A DNA stretch of 25,709 nucleotides from Ancylonema sp. (taxonomy: Eukaryota): contig JBFLGF010000060.1 of the NCBI GenBank assembly GCA_050230475.1, forward strand, positions 62,001 to 87,709, given 5' to 3'. Numbering within the stretch: the first letter of the stretch is position 1; each line of letters starts with the position of its first letter. Both the position numbers and the translations under genes were made by a program. The notes beneath the pieces are model-generated. The model saw only the letters and a list, made by a program, of their open reading frames with translations, had not been told where the DNA came from and made no database searches. Of the stretch, positions 10,920 through 22,356 are shown piece by piece.

Positions 10920-12552
10920 CTACCCTAACTTCTCGTTGGTTTCTCCCAACGAGGCCTTGAATCGTAGTGCAATTTGGCCCCGGGAGTCAACAAACAACTT
11001 CACGTCCACAAACTTCTCTTCGCCATTCTCTGCAATGGGCGAGGAAAAAATGATCACTAACAGTCAGCTTCTACTCAGCAATCAACCAGGAAACTCGCCG
11101 GTGACGATACCTATTATAACACATCACAGGCACGCAAACAGGTGTGCAAAACTCCTATACTCCGTTCTCCGAGGTCGAAGCATCTCACCCGATGCGGACC
11201 TCAACTTGTGCTTCATCTGCAGGCAGGCCAGTGGCGACCTGCCAGCTGGCCTGGTGAGCAGCAGGGACACCTCGTTCCCCCCTTTCAGAGACCACACGGG
11301 TTGGGCCAGCCACATGTGGCGCCCACCCTCGTAGCTCCACCTGGTGCACAGCAGCAGGCGGTCACGCAGCCGGGAGGAGGCGCCGAGGGCCAGCGTGAGC
11401 CCAGAGGCCAGAGGCCAGGGGAGGCTAGAGGCCACCAAGGCAGTGACGCAACGAGTGGCAGGGGTGCTGGAAAAAAAAAGGATATAAAAGTAGGGTTCCC
11501 AGACCGGGGTTTTATGACCAATCGTGCAGCATCATGGAATGGTACGGCGTGGGATGGCAAGTCGTGAAGATAGAAGCTGTCACCCTGGCCGAAATAGGGA
11601 ACGGATTGAAAAACCATGTCCTGTGGCATCAGATTGATAGAGGGTCTTCAAAGGAGCCACGAGGGTCCCGATCAGAGGACTCATCGAATCATAAATATCT
11701 TCACGCGCCACGGACAGGATCTACGGAGGTGGCCAGCAGAGTTGGTTTCCATTGGCTTACGACTATGCCTTACTATTCTGCCTTACTGTTCTGCCTTCAC
11801 ATTCTGCATACGTCAGGATTCTTTGCCCGTCAACACCAGCTGTCTCGTAAGTACTCACCCCAACGAACTCTCTAGCGTCAATCTGTGATTTGTGAGATTC
11901 GACAGCAGATTCGCATGAACGGCCACCTGGTTCCGAGTCGGAGTACCAAGGGCACCTGCCACCCCTCTAAGCCAGGACGGCGTAGTTGCTTGTCCATCGT
12001 ATCCACAACTCAGTCTGCACTCGCTGAGAGCAGCCGAGCTACCTCTCACGGAGGCCGACAGTGACGCCCCATTGCTGACCTGCAACGGAAACGGCACCAG
12101 GAATCAGCTCCTTGACTGCAAGACAACGAACGACCATCGCGTACGACATGACTGCCGACGAACCAGCTTACTGCAATGCTTCTACTCAACTGGACCAATT
12201 GGCCCCCATGCCAGGCAGTGGCTTCACTCCTTGAAACCGCTTCAGTTTCCCAGCCATGTTCTCTTCTGATCCGTTGGGTCTGGACAGGGTGCCGTAGCGC
12301 GGTGCTTATGTGCGGTTCTAGTGACCCACTGCAGAAGAGCCTTGGAAAAGGAAGAGAAAATGGTCGAAGTTTTGAGCTCGTCTCAGACGTGACGACTCTC
12401 GGTAATTCACACTCGAATCCCGATTCTGCAGCCCGGCTTATTCTGTATGACAAGGAATGGCGGGAAATAGCAGGAATTGGTGTCTGAAAGGCACGATTTA
12501 TTCTGGATGCAGACAGGACACGGCGGATTGGAGTGTCATTCCTCCCCTCCAT
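10920..12552 (-). CDS. Uncharacterised 334-aa protein, 5 exons; possibly a beta-barrel (plastid outer-envelope pore-like)
   Basis: Exons 12552-12172, 12079-11859, 11645-11505, 11340-11189, 11029-10920 = 1005 nt, open from ATG to TAG. Introns are 92, 213, 164 and 159 bp, all GT-AG (donors GTAAGC, GTGAGT, GTCTGG, GTGAGA), with matching phases 0,2,2,1. The product assignment is inference only. Confidence 0.75.
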
Positions 12553-12726
12553 GAACGCAGAAAAGGCTCATGGCCGCCACCCACGCAGGAGATGACAGGT
12601 CCGTATCAATCCCCTTTCCGTGAGACTCGGCAGCGCCGTAGTTCGTAAATAGGTGCGCAACCATCTCCAGAATAAGCAAAGCTGCTGCGGCCGTCATATG
12701 ACAACGTGTCTTCTGTGATTTTGGTT

Positions 12727-14757
12727 TAGGGATCGGCGAGCGCAGAGCGGAGCGAGCGCATGAGTGCAGGGCCATGCGCTCATGAGTGCGTGAGCGCAGG
12801 CATCCCCAAAAATCGTCCTTGAGCGCAGCTCATGAGCGTGAGCGTGGTAGAGCGTACATGAGCGCAGATCATTTCAGCGGAGCTGCGGTCATGCACTCAT
12901 TTAGCGCTCATGCGCTCATTCTGCGCTCATTGCGCTTGGGGCTCAACCCCAAATCGGATCAGGGATGGCAAGTTCTAAAAACCCCCTTCGTAATTAGGGG
13001 TATTTAGACCGTGATTACGAAAGAATAATAAGGGAACGCCGAGAAAGCACCCCTAGAAACCCCTAAATATAAATTTCAATCTAGGGGCATTTTTAGGGGC
13101 TTTCTAACCCCCAACCTTCGAGTCAGGGTCTAAAATTGATTGAGAAAATCAAATTGTGAGAGAAAATCAAATAAAAATGGTTGCCTTTTACTAAAACGTA
13201 GTGACCAGACACTTTTGGCGAAGCAACACTGAATGAGGCATCTCAAAAGCACGAAACTTTGGGGAATGTTTGTGTCGGCACTTGTGAAACAATCGTCGCT
13301 TTGTAGGGAGATGACGATGTAGCGATATAAGTTTTGTTTGGCTAACTTAACAAATGCCATCAATTTCCTTGCACGACCGGTACTTTACACACGATTTTTC
13401 CCCTCCAAGTTGTGATGAGAAAATGCTCTTGTTATATTGTTTGTCCACGTTTGTGGTTGTAGATTATGAAGTAAGTGCCAATGTGTAGAAAAAATGTGGC
13501 ATTGGATTACGTTATAAAATGGCTACGTAACTAGAGATGCTTCCAATGCTTCTTTCTTCGTTAATCACTTCATGCTTTGGTTTTCCTCAACATTGTAGAC
13601 AAAAATTGTTTGGTTCTCTCTCCAAGTTTTCTAAATGTGCCATACGCTCAAAGAGGTGTTGAGAAAACAAAACATTTTTGTGTATCAAACAGATGTAGGA
13701 GATCAAACATGCATGATATATTGAATGTGGTTGCACATGGGCTCTTTCAAAAGTGGTGAGTCCCATTTTGTCTGATCAATTCAAAATGATTTTCCCAGTA
13801 CATTTTTTCATTGTAATGGCAAGTTTTAAGGCGCACCATTGTGTTTAAAACCACCAAGAGACCCAAAAAACATGTATATATTAGCAATTTAGCAATTTAA
13901 GTGCAACCCCTAATTGGGGTTTGTAATTTAATAACCCCCCAGAGAGCAATTTAGGGCCTAAATGCGGCCAGCCGAACATTGTGATATATACTGGGGATCG
14001 GCGAACGCATGAGCGCAGGATCATGCGCTCATGAGCGCATGATCGCAGGCATACCCTACGATCCCCCTGAATTAATGAGCGACCACACTCAAAACTCGGT
14101 ATAAGACACTTCGTTATAAGAAACTCTTCACTATATGGAACTACCGTGCTGGGCACCGTAAAAATCATTTACGGTAAATGATTTTTAATTAATTATTGAA
14201 ACCCGACATCAATCATTTATTTTAATACCTGTGAGGTCGAAATCATTAACCAAAAATCATTGATATTAATACCACTTTTGGATTTGTTTTGAATTTTGTG
14301 TGTAGGTTTCCGGAAATCATTGCCAAAAGTCATCAATAATAACTACTGGATTCCCGGAATCTTTCATACAAATCATTAACAAATCAATTCGTTTTTTTTT
14401 AAGCAGAAATCATTTACGGTGCCCAGTATCGTATTATTTGCAAATTATATTTTTCGCTTTTACACTCAAAATGTGTTTTATATGAGAAACATTCGCTACA
14501 TGAAACTTTTTTTACGATATTTGTAGGATTTTTATATCCGGGTTTTAGTGTATTCACCAAAATGAACGGATATACTGCCCGAATACCCTTTTTTATGCGC
14601 TTATTTTGCAATCATGTACTCAAATGATTTCACATGCGCATACTCACATGCGCTCATACGCTCATTTTGCGCTCTAATACGCTCATGTGCGTAATCTTGC
14701 GCTCATTTAGCTTGGAGCGTTGAGCGCAAGGGCTGCCACTCCGCTCGCCGATCCCTA
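12727..14757. mobile_element. Non-autonomous hAT-like TIR element with nested insertions
   Basis: Perfect 16-bp TIR TAGGGATCGGCGAGCG (12727-12742 / 14742-14757). The 8-bp flanks ttttggtt / ccttggtt match at 6 of 8 positions. Subterminal arrays of (t)gagcgca/tgcgctca motifs occur at both ends. Confidence 0.85.
14149..14426. mobile_element. Nested MITE
   Basis: Perfect 14-bp inverted termini ctgggcaccgtaaa / tttacggtgcccag. The interior carries many aaatcatt motifs. No clear TSD. Confidence 0.7.
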
Positions 14758-16128
14758 CCTTGGTTATAGTGACAATCTGGATACCCGTACAGTAATTCAT
14801 CGTTAGACCAATTTATAACGATAACCTCGATTGGACGACAATTTATTGAAAATTAATAACATCCTTATAAAAACCCTGGGTCGTTATATTAGTAATACGA
14901 TAATTTTGATGCTAACAATTTTTATCAACAAAATTATTACTAAATGTCGTTCGACATTATAACCTAGTGTCTGAAGGAATGATGTCGGGACCGGGATAAT
15001 TTTTTACTTTAGACACGATATTCACTAAAACTCTAAGACTTAAGGAGTGCGAGGTCCATGTTTTTCGCGTTCGGGATTTCAATAACGCAATATATTTTGT
15101 GTACATTTCTCCGAACCAAAGTTGATACATCCTCAACTCCATAAGGTATGCTATTCGACAATGATGGGTCATACGAGCATCAACTATAGCCGTACTATAT
15201 TTGATGGACCATATCGTTGGAATTCGAGGTTAATCGCCTGTGTAGTGTAGTCCATTCAGGCCAAACTTCACAATTCTTCTTTGTTCAATACGAATTTGAT
15301 TGTCAACAATTTATACAAATGAATCCGGGATTCCGTAAGCTAGTATCGATGATTTTCATAATGATTCAAGGAATCCTACAGTAAATATCAATGATCATTG
15401 GAGACGATTCCGGATGACTAGAATAAAGTATATATTATTAAAATTAGAATCTTAGTTAAAGAAAATCCCTACATACACCCACCGTAAATGCCTCGTGTGC
15501 TCGAAATGAGCTGAGACCCCACCCAAACGGTCTTGGGCTACAGGTTGCGGGAGCCCACTAATCCCGACCTTGATCAAAACCCGCAACCAAGCTCCAAGCC
15601 CGAATATATTTATTATTAAAAAAAATAGTAGAATGACCCACTTTTTTAAAAAAAAAATGATGCATGAGAAGCGAAAATCATCAAATCGTTTTATCCGATT
15701 GACCCTTTTTAGAATTGATTATGAATCACGACATCTCTACATTTGAATCTCGATATGAGGTACCAATGAATATTTCAAGTACTGTGTCAATTAAAGCGTA
15801 TGTGACGAATTCATGTTCCATATATCGATTCGCCCCTACATAAAGCCTCAAACACGTTTCCATTCGCAATATGTTTCCTATAACGAGGTTTCTTTAATCA
15901 AGACCCGCCGAAGTATGATACATCGGACTCATGAGCTATATCGAATGTCCTCGAATTTCCCGTATACGATTCGGAAAAAGGTTTTCCAAGGGTTTTCTAA
16001 TGACGTTAGGTACCCTTTTCTCATAATTATATCTCTTTTTATTTCTATTCATATGTAAAGCCTTTCATAATAAAAGGAGAATGCATCTTACTAAGCACGA
16101 TGGGGACCCCATATGAGTATAGTTCAAC

Positions 16129-16698
16129 CTGTCTAAAGGAATATTCTCTGAAGCAATAACCTCTCTAAAGGACTAAAAAATCCCGGTCTCGACGTTGGGC
16201 GAGTGTAATTATTCAAAAACCTGCATATTCTCAAGGAATATTTTTTCGCGGCCCGCGGACGTTTAAAGGAATCATGTACGGAATCCGTACAGATCCGTAC
16301 AGATTTACATAGGATTTACATGTCGGTACACTTATAAATATCTCCCAGATTGTGGGAAGTTGCAATTGAAGATGCTACACGACAACATTACGACCGGGCA
16401 ACATTAGGCGGGTCGTACGAGTGCCCGCCACGTCGAATTTAGCGTCAAGAGAGGACGTTCGTGGACCTCCGGTACCTCCGAGGTTGTGGGAAATCACAGT
16501 GGAACTAGCTACACGACAAAATATAGTCGTGCAACCCATATAGAAGCTGTAAAACACGTTTGAACGGATTCTAAGCTCGATACTTGCTTGTTTCACGTCG
16601 TAGGCACATAGGAACGGGTTTTAAGATTTAAAGCCAAAATTGTCTAAGTGAATAAAGGAATATAAAATCCCGGTCCCGAGAGTATTCCTTTAGATAGC
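16129..16698. repeat. Degenerate MITE-like inverted repeat element
   Basis: ctgtctaaaggaatattctc versus the inverted gagagtattcctttagatag. The motif aaaatcccggt recurs internally near both ends. Confidence 0.5.
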
Positions 16699-17098
16699 TT
16701 TTATTGTATAAGAACAACACTAAACAATTGGTACAAAAGAAGTGTTATGTGGAACGCTCTTTGTCTAACAAGTATGAACGGAGAGTAATGTTGTACAAAT
16801 GTGTAAACGGAGAGTAGTCAAAAGAGTTTGAAATATCGTTGACGGAATTCCCGGGTGACCTAGGCGCCTCGTCTTCCGGGCGGACATAATGGAACCGGTT
16901 TGAGGGGGGAATTGTGTTTCCGCCAAAAACAATATTGCTTCTCAAAGAACAAAGTTTTGAGACCATCGGTTACGGATCAAGCCAAGTTTAATGTAATATT
17001 GGACAAATAGTTCGGCGAGCTCACTTTTAAAGAAGAGTTACGCGCCGAGAATGAGTTACGCGCCCACAGGGATGTCTAGGGCTTGTCATAAAAGGGCG

Positions 17099-17687
17099 TG
17101 AAGTAAATTAGTGCTTTAATCAAGGGAAATGCCGAGTTGTGGCGATAGTAATAATTGTAGACTTAGCGTGGACCGGAGATGTGACTCTAATGTGCATGTG
17201 TGTCTATGTTGTGAGTCGATACAATAGGCATGTGGATGTGAATCGACAATTATGTAGGTTGCACTTAGGCGCAATGGGCGCGGAAGCGAGTACGATGAAT
17301 TCGTACCGGTTTACTCTAGTACCGGACTAAGTTTGCACTAGATTTGCATTGTTGAGTGTGCACCAATGGGGTGAATATGAATAGTCGCATTATTGTGCTT
17401 ACGGGAAATGACGTTAGCGAGTAGACTTTAGACAACCTACGCACCGGTTGGTTAAACCGTTTTGTCCTCGGCTAATGAGGCAAATTCAATATATACTCTA
17501 CGGAGTTTTCATAACAAATAATTCATACCATCATCGCTTTTGTTTCCAGTGGGATTCTGTTTGTTGGTGTCTTGCCATTTGTTACGGACAGTTTGGCTTT
17601 GTATGTAATTCACGAGAAGTCGGAGAGCCGGCGAATTTAAGACCTGTACGGCAGGCAAGGGATTGGCCCACTATGGCTGATCCTTCA
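17099..17687 (+). repeat. 5' LTR (589 bp)
   Basis: Direct repeat of 21768-22356, about 95% identical by manual alignment. Confidence 0.97.
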
Positions 17688-20600
17688 AGTGGTATCAGAG
17701 CATCGGGCGACGAATACATGAAACCGCATCTGCGGTTGACAGGTGACAACATAAACGTGTGGCTGGCAATCATGGAGCCCATGTTTCACGAAAAAAAAGG
17801 GTGTGGGCCCACATCAAGGGAACGGCCGCCGTTCCGGGCACCGTTGACCGTCGCTGCTGGAGTCGTTTTAGTAGCCGGAGTTGGCGCCCCGGGCGCAGCA
17901 AGCTACGTCGCTCCCGTCACTGGAGTCCCTGCGGTCACACAGGCCATGGTGGACGCGAGAAACGCTGAGATCGAGAAATTTAAGGTGGACGAGGAGAAAG
18001 CGACTTCGATGTTGCTGATTACGCTGAAGCTGGAAGACGTTGTTGCTATTAACACTATTCCGACTGTCGCAGCAAAGTGGGCGAAGATCGTCGAAGATTA
18101 TCAGCCCGTTTCTTCAATTCTGGCGATGAATGCGTCAAAATCGATTCTTCAATTTTAGCATGGGAAACGAGACAATTCAACTCATACAAAATCGATTCGA
18201 CGGTCTCGCCAGCGACTGCGTTCTACAAAAGGTCCCTCTGACTCCAGTTCAGAAGAAAAATGCGCTCCTGACGCGACCCTCGCCTCGATGGAAAATTTGG
18301 TCGGAGAGTGTCGCGGGTCAGACGCCACTTCCGACAACTGAGCAATTATTTGCGACGATGAAGGCGGTGGAGATTTTCGAAATACTGCAGAAGAAAGCGA
18401 GCACAACGAGGCTGCATTCGCACGTGACAGCTCTTCAGGGGGAAATCGCTCGCAGCGGGGCGATTCCGGGGCGGATTCACTGGGGGCGGGAGTGGAAGAT
18501 TTGGCTTGGCGGAAGCGGAAGCAGCGCGGGAATCAGCGCGGGAGGCAGCAGAGGCGGCCGAGCGTCAGCGAGAGGAGGTGCCGCACGTGGCGGCAGGGGA
18601 GGCGATCGACAGGGAGCACGTGGCGCATCCCAGGAGGACATCGATTGCTACTGTTGCGGGAAGCCAGGTCACTACGGCACGTGACTGCCCGCATCGCGAC
18701 AAGAAGTGCTCCACCTGCGGGCGGGAGGGGCAGCGGGAGGGGCACTCGCCACGGGGGCGACAAGCCAAGCACGTACGTTGCCGACGAGTCGAAGGGGGGC
18801 GGCAAGAAGGAGGTCAAGAGAGTATCCTTTGCCACCCAGAGGAAGAAGAAGCAATCCGCAATGGCGGAGGCGAAGTATGGCGAGCTCGAGGAGGCGTACG
18901 CTCTCGAGGTCATCGAGGTCGAGGCCACGGGCTTTCGGTTCTGCAACGAGTTCCCAATTTTTGGGAGATTCTGGTACAAACCGCCACGTGGCAAACGATT
19001 CTGCGATGGTGGGACAAGCGGAAGCTGGCTCGGCCAGTCAATCCGCCAGGTGGTGGGGGAGGTGTTTTGCACGTGGGAGGGTACCGTTCGGCTGGAGCTA
19101 ACCGACCCGCTGGGGTACCCAATCCCGGTTATTCTAGAAAACGTGCTATTGGTCCCCGAGTTGGCGGTAAATCTGTTCTCGACGCAGAGAATGCGTTTGG
19201 CTGGGACGCGTCTAAACTATCCCGTGGAGCTGGGTACTGTGTGGATGGTCAGCCGAGAGGGTCGACACGTGGGCAGCTTCGAGGAATCTGCTACGGCACG
19301 ACTCACTCTCACGAGCAAGATACTGTACCCCGCTGACCAGGGACCCGACAGTCCTCCCCTCCCCCTCCCTCCCCCAGCCGACTACCCGTTTCTGGCGCCA
19401 ACCCCGCTAAGGTGTTGTTTGCAACCACGGACATTGGGCTGCTCCACAGGCGCACGGGGCCCGCTGCGGTTAGCACCCTTCACAAGTTGGCGAGGCCAAG
19501 GTTCGTGAAGGGGCTGGAGGGTGGCCTAGTTGGGGAGCTGGGAGTCTGCCGTGGCTGCAAGTTGGGCAAGCTGCTGGCGAAACCCCACCCCCAGAAGGAT
19601 CCAGCCTTCCGAGCAGGGAAGCCGCTCGATCTCGTTCACGCTAACTTGGCAGGCCCGATCAAGCCTGCCAGTTGGGGTAGGAAGCTCTATGTGTTTGTTC
19701 TCATCGACGATTACAGCAAGAAATCATGGGTAATTTTGCTAAAGAACAAATCTGATGTCGAATTGAGGGTGAAGGAGTGGACAGCGCTGGTAGAGCGCGA
19801 ATCCGGTTATCGGGTGGGGCGGTTCCGTACTGACAACGGGGGGGAGTTCGTGAAGCAGACGTTGAAAGACTGGTTTCGTCTACGTGGCATCACCCAGGAG
19901 TCCACTCCCCCCCGTACTCCACAGGCGAACGGGGTCGTCGAGCGACTCAGTCGTACCCTCCAGGACCGAGTCCGTAGCATGATGACGGAGGCTGGGCTCG
20001 GGGGCGGAAGCTGGGGGGAGGTTTTTCTGGCGGCATCGGTACCTCAGGAACCGGGGGCCGGTTACTGGATTGGATATGACGCCGCAGGAGCTGTGGAGAT
20101 GGAAGAAGCCGACCTTGGCGCACCTGCGGGCCTACGGTTGCAAGGTGTATGCGCCCATCGAGAAGGGTGACAGGGCAAGGAAGCTCGGGAAGGTGCGCTG
20201 GGAGGGGGTGCTACTCGGTTACTCGGACAGCCAGCCCTTCGTACCGGGTCTGGGATCCGGTGAAGGGAAAAGTCTACAATGTCGGCGGAGCAGACTTCGA
20301 CGAGGACGTGGAGGGGGGCTGGTGGAGGCAACAACTTCTGCAGGGTGACTACGTGGCATAGCCTGTGGAGATCCCCCGTAACTGGGCGGCAGATTCTGGC
20401 GCAGGCGCAGGCGACGGGCCACCCCCTCCCCCTCCCCCCTCCCCCTCCCATCCCCCTGCAGGCGGGGAAGGAGCCCAACCTCGTGCAGGTGGGGGTGAGG
20501 ACGGTGACGACGATGACGAGGACGATGATGATGATACCCCCAGCCTAGTCAGTGATAGCAGTGATGACGAAGAGGAAGACGACGAAACTGCAGATTGGGT

Positions 20601-21655
20601 GATGATGACTACGACGACAACGGGGGATTTCAGTTTCTGCGACGGGATTTGGGCTCCCAAAGGGGATTTTTACGGGCTCAGGTGCCGGGGGTACGGGGCC
20701 ACGGGCTCAAGCGACGGGGTCAGGGCAGGGAGGCCAGGGCTCGCAGCCCAGGCGCTCAAGCAGACAGCGGGGCCCACCGCTGCGGTACGCAGACTCCTAC
20801 GCTGCAGCCGTGGACCTGGTCTGTCCTGTCACTGTAGCTGAGGCACTCGCAGGACCTGAGCGAAAGGATTTGGTGTGGAAGTACGGCTTGGAGGGGGGGA
20901 AGGCGGTGTCCACCCCGTTTGAGTCGGGAGTGGTCTTAGGGGTGGAAGACTCCCCCACCACGGAGGAGGGGGAGAAAGAGATGGCGCGCTACCCCTACCG
21001 GAACCTCGTGGGAACCTCGTGGGGAGTCTCATGTATCTCGCGGTGTGGACTCGCGATGGCGGTTTCTACACTTAGCCGTTTTTGCCAGAATCCGGGGGTG
21101 AAGCATTGGGAGGCGGCGAAGAGGGTAGTGAGGTACTTGGTGGGGACAATTGACAAGGGGCTCTTCTACGGGAATGATGAGGAGGTAGAGGTGTGGGGCT
21201 ACACCGACGCGAGCTACGGGAGTGACATGGAGGCTAAGAGGGGGCGCACGGGGTATGTCTTCATGAGTGCGGGAGCGGCGATTTCGTGGGGGAACAAGCT
21301 CCAAGAGGTGATGGCTTTGGGCTCTACGGAGTCGGAGTACATGGCGATGTCTTTTGCAGTTCAAGAGGGGGTGTACTTGGGGATGTACCAAAGGGAGATG
21401 GGAGTCGAGAGTGAGAAAGTCTTGCTCTTGTGTGATAATCAATCGGCTATGAAAATCACCAAGAACCCCGTCTTCCACAAGAGGAGAAAGCATATTGGCA
21501 TCAAGTTTCACATTACGTGAGGGAGAAGGTGGAGAGTGGAGAGGGAGTTGCACTTTGTGCCTACCAAGGCAATGGCGGCGGACTACGAAGCACGTAGGGG
21601 TGAAAGTGTTTGTAGAGGGAAAATGTCTTATGGGTATGATAGCACTAGGAGGGTA
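17673..21655 (+). pseudogene. Copia gag-pol polyprotein pseudogene
   Basis: Gag (LTGDNINVW...KATSMLL...AKWAKI); CCHC knuckle CYCCGKPGHY (from 18646); protease FLGDSGTNRHV (18958-18990); integrase LHRR..CRGC, DLVHANLAGP, LIDDYSKKSWV, RTDNGGEF, PQANGVVER; SH3-like HLRAYGCKVY; RT tail YPYRNLVG; RNase H GYTDAS, STESEY, CDNQSA, KHIGIKFH. Multiple frameshifts. Confidence 0.95.
17690..17701 (+). other. Primer-binding site (tRNA-iMet)
   Basis: TGGTATCAGAGC, 2 nt downstream of the LTR-terminal CA. Confidence 0.95.
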
Positions 21656-21748
21656 GAGTGCTAGACATGTAGTGGACATGTTGTGGAGGAGGAGGAGAAA
21701 AAAATAAAATAAACAAAGCATAGGGTCATCGGGCATTTGACTTGTAGT

Positions 21749-21767
21749 AAAGAGAGGGGGAGGGGAA
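21749..21767 (+). other. Polypurine tract
   Basis: aaagagagggggaggggaa immediately 5' of the 3' LTR. Confidence 0.93.
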
Positions 21768-22356
21768 TGAAGTAAATTAGTTCTTTAATCAAGGGAAATG
21801 CCGAGTTGTGGCGATAGTAATAATTGTAGAATTAGCGTGGACCGGAGATGTGACTATAATGTGCATGTGTGTCTATGTTGTGAGTCGATAAAATATGCAT
21901 GAGGATGTGAATCGACAATTATATAGGTTGCGCTTAGGCGCAATGGGCGCGGAAGCGAGTACTATGAGTTTGTACCGGTTTACTCTAGTACCGGACTAAG
22001 TTGCACTAGATTTGCGTAGTTGAGTGTGCACCAATGGGGTGAATATGAATAGTCGCATTATTGTGTTCATGGGAAATGACGTTAGCGAGTAGACTTTAGT
22101 CAACCTACGCACCGGTTGGTTAAACCGATTTGTCCTCGGCTTGTGAGGCAAATTCAATATATACTCTACGGAGTTTTCATGACAAATAATTCATACCATC
22201 ATCGCTTTTGTTTCCAGTGGGATTCTAGTCTATTAGTGTCTTGCCATTTGTCACGGACAGTTTGGATTTGTATGTAATTCACGAGAAGTCGGAGAGCCGG
22301 CGAATTTAAGACCTGTACGGCAGGCAAGGGATTGGCCCACTATGGCTGATCCTTCA
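21768..22356 (+). repeat. 3' LTR (589 bp)
   Basis: Direct repeat of the 5' LTR; ends in CTTCA followed by the TSD GGGCG. Confidence 0.97.

Larger units (their letters stand above)
17099..22356 (+). mobile_element. Ty1/copia LTR retrotransposon, both LTRs intact, coding region decayed and RT core deleted
   Basis: LTRs at 17099-17687 and 21768-22356 with TGAAG...CTTCA termini. TSD GGGCG at 17094-17098 and 22357-22361. PBS TGGTATCAGAGC. PPT before the 3' LTR. Domain order gag-PR-INT-(RT)-RH is diagnostic of copia. Confidence 0.98.

Noticed and set aside
12727..12935. CRISPR-like repeat array
   Set aside because: The motifs are short, irregularly spaced and in both orientations, with no unique spacers of constant length. 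They fit TE subterminal repeats in a eukaryotic context.
17448..17672. N-terminal 75 aa of the 236-aa ORF
   Set aside because: It has a non-ATG start inside LTR sequence, and the 3' LTR copy has an indel in this stretch. Gag similarity begins only after 17673.
18182..21736. Long antisense and alternative-frame ORFs in the retrotransposon
   Set aside because: These are shadow ORFs of GC-rich pol sequence with no independent motifs.
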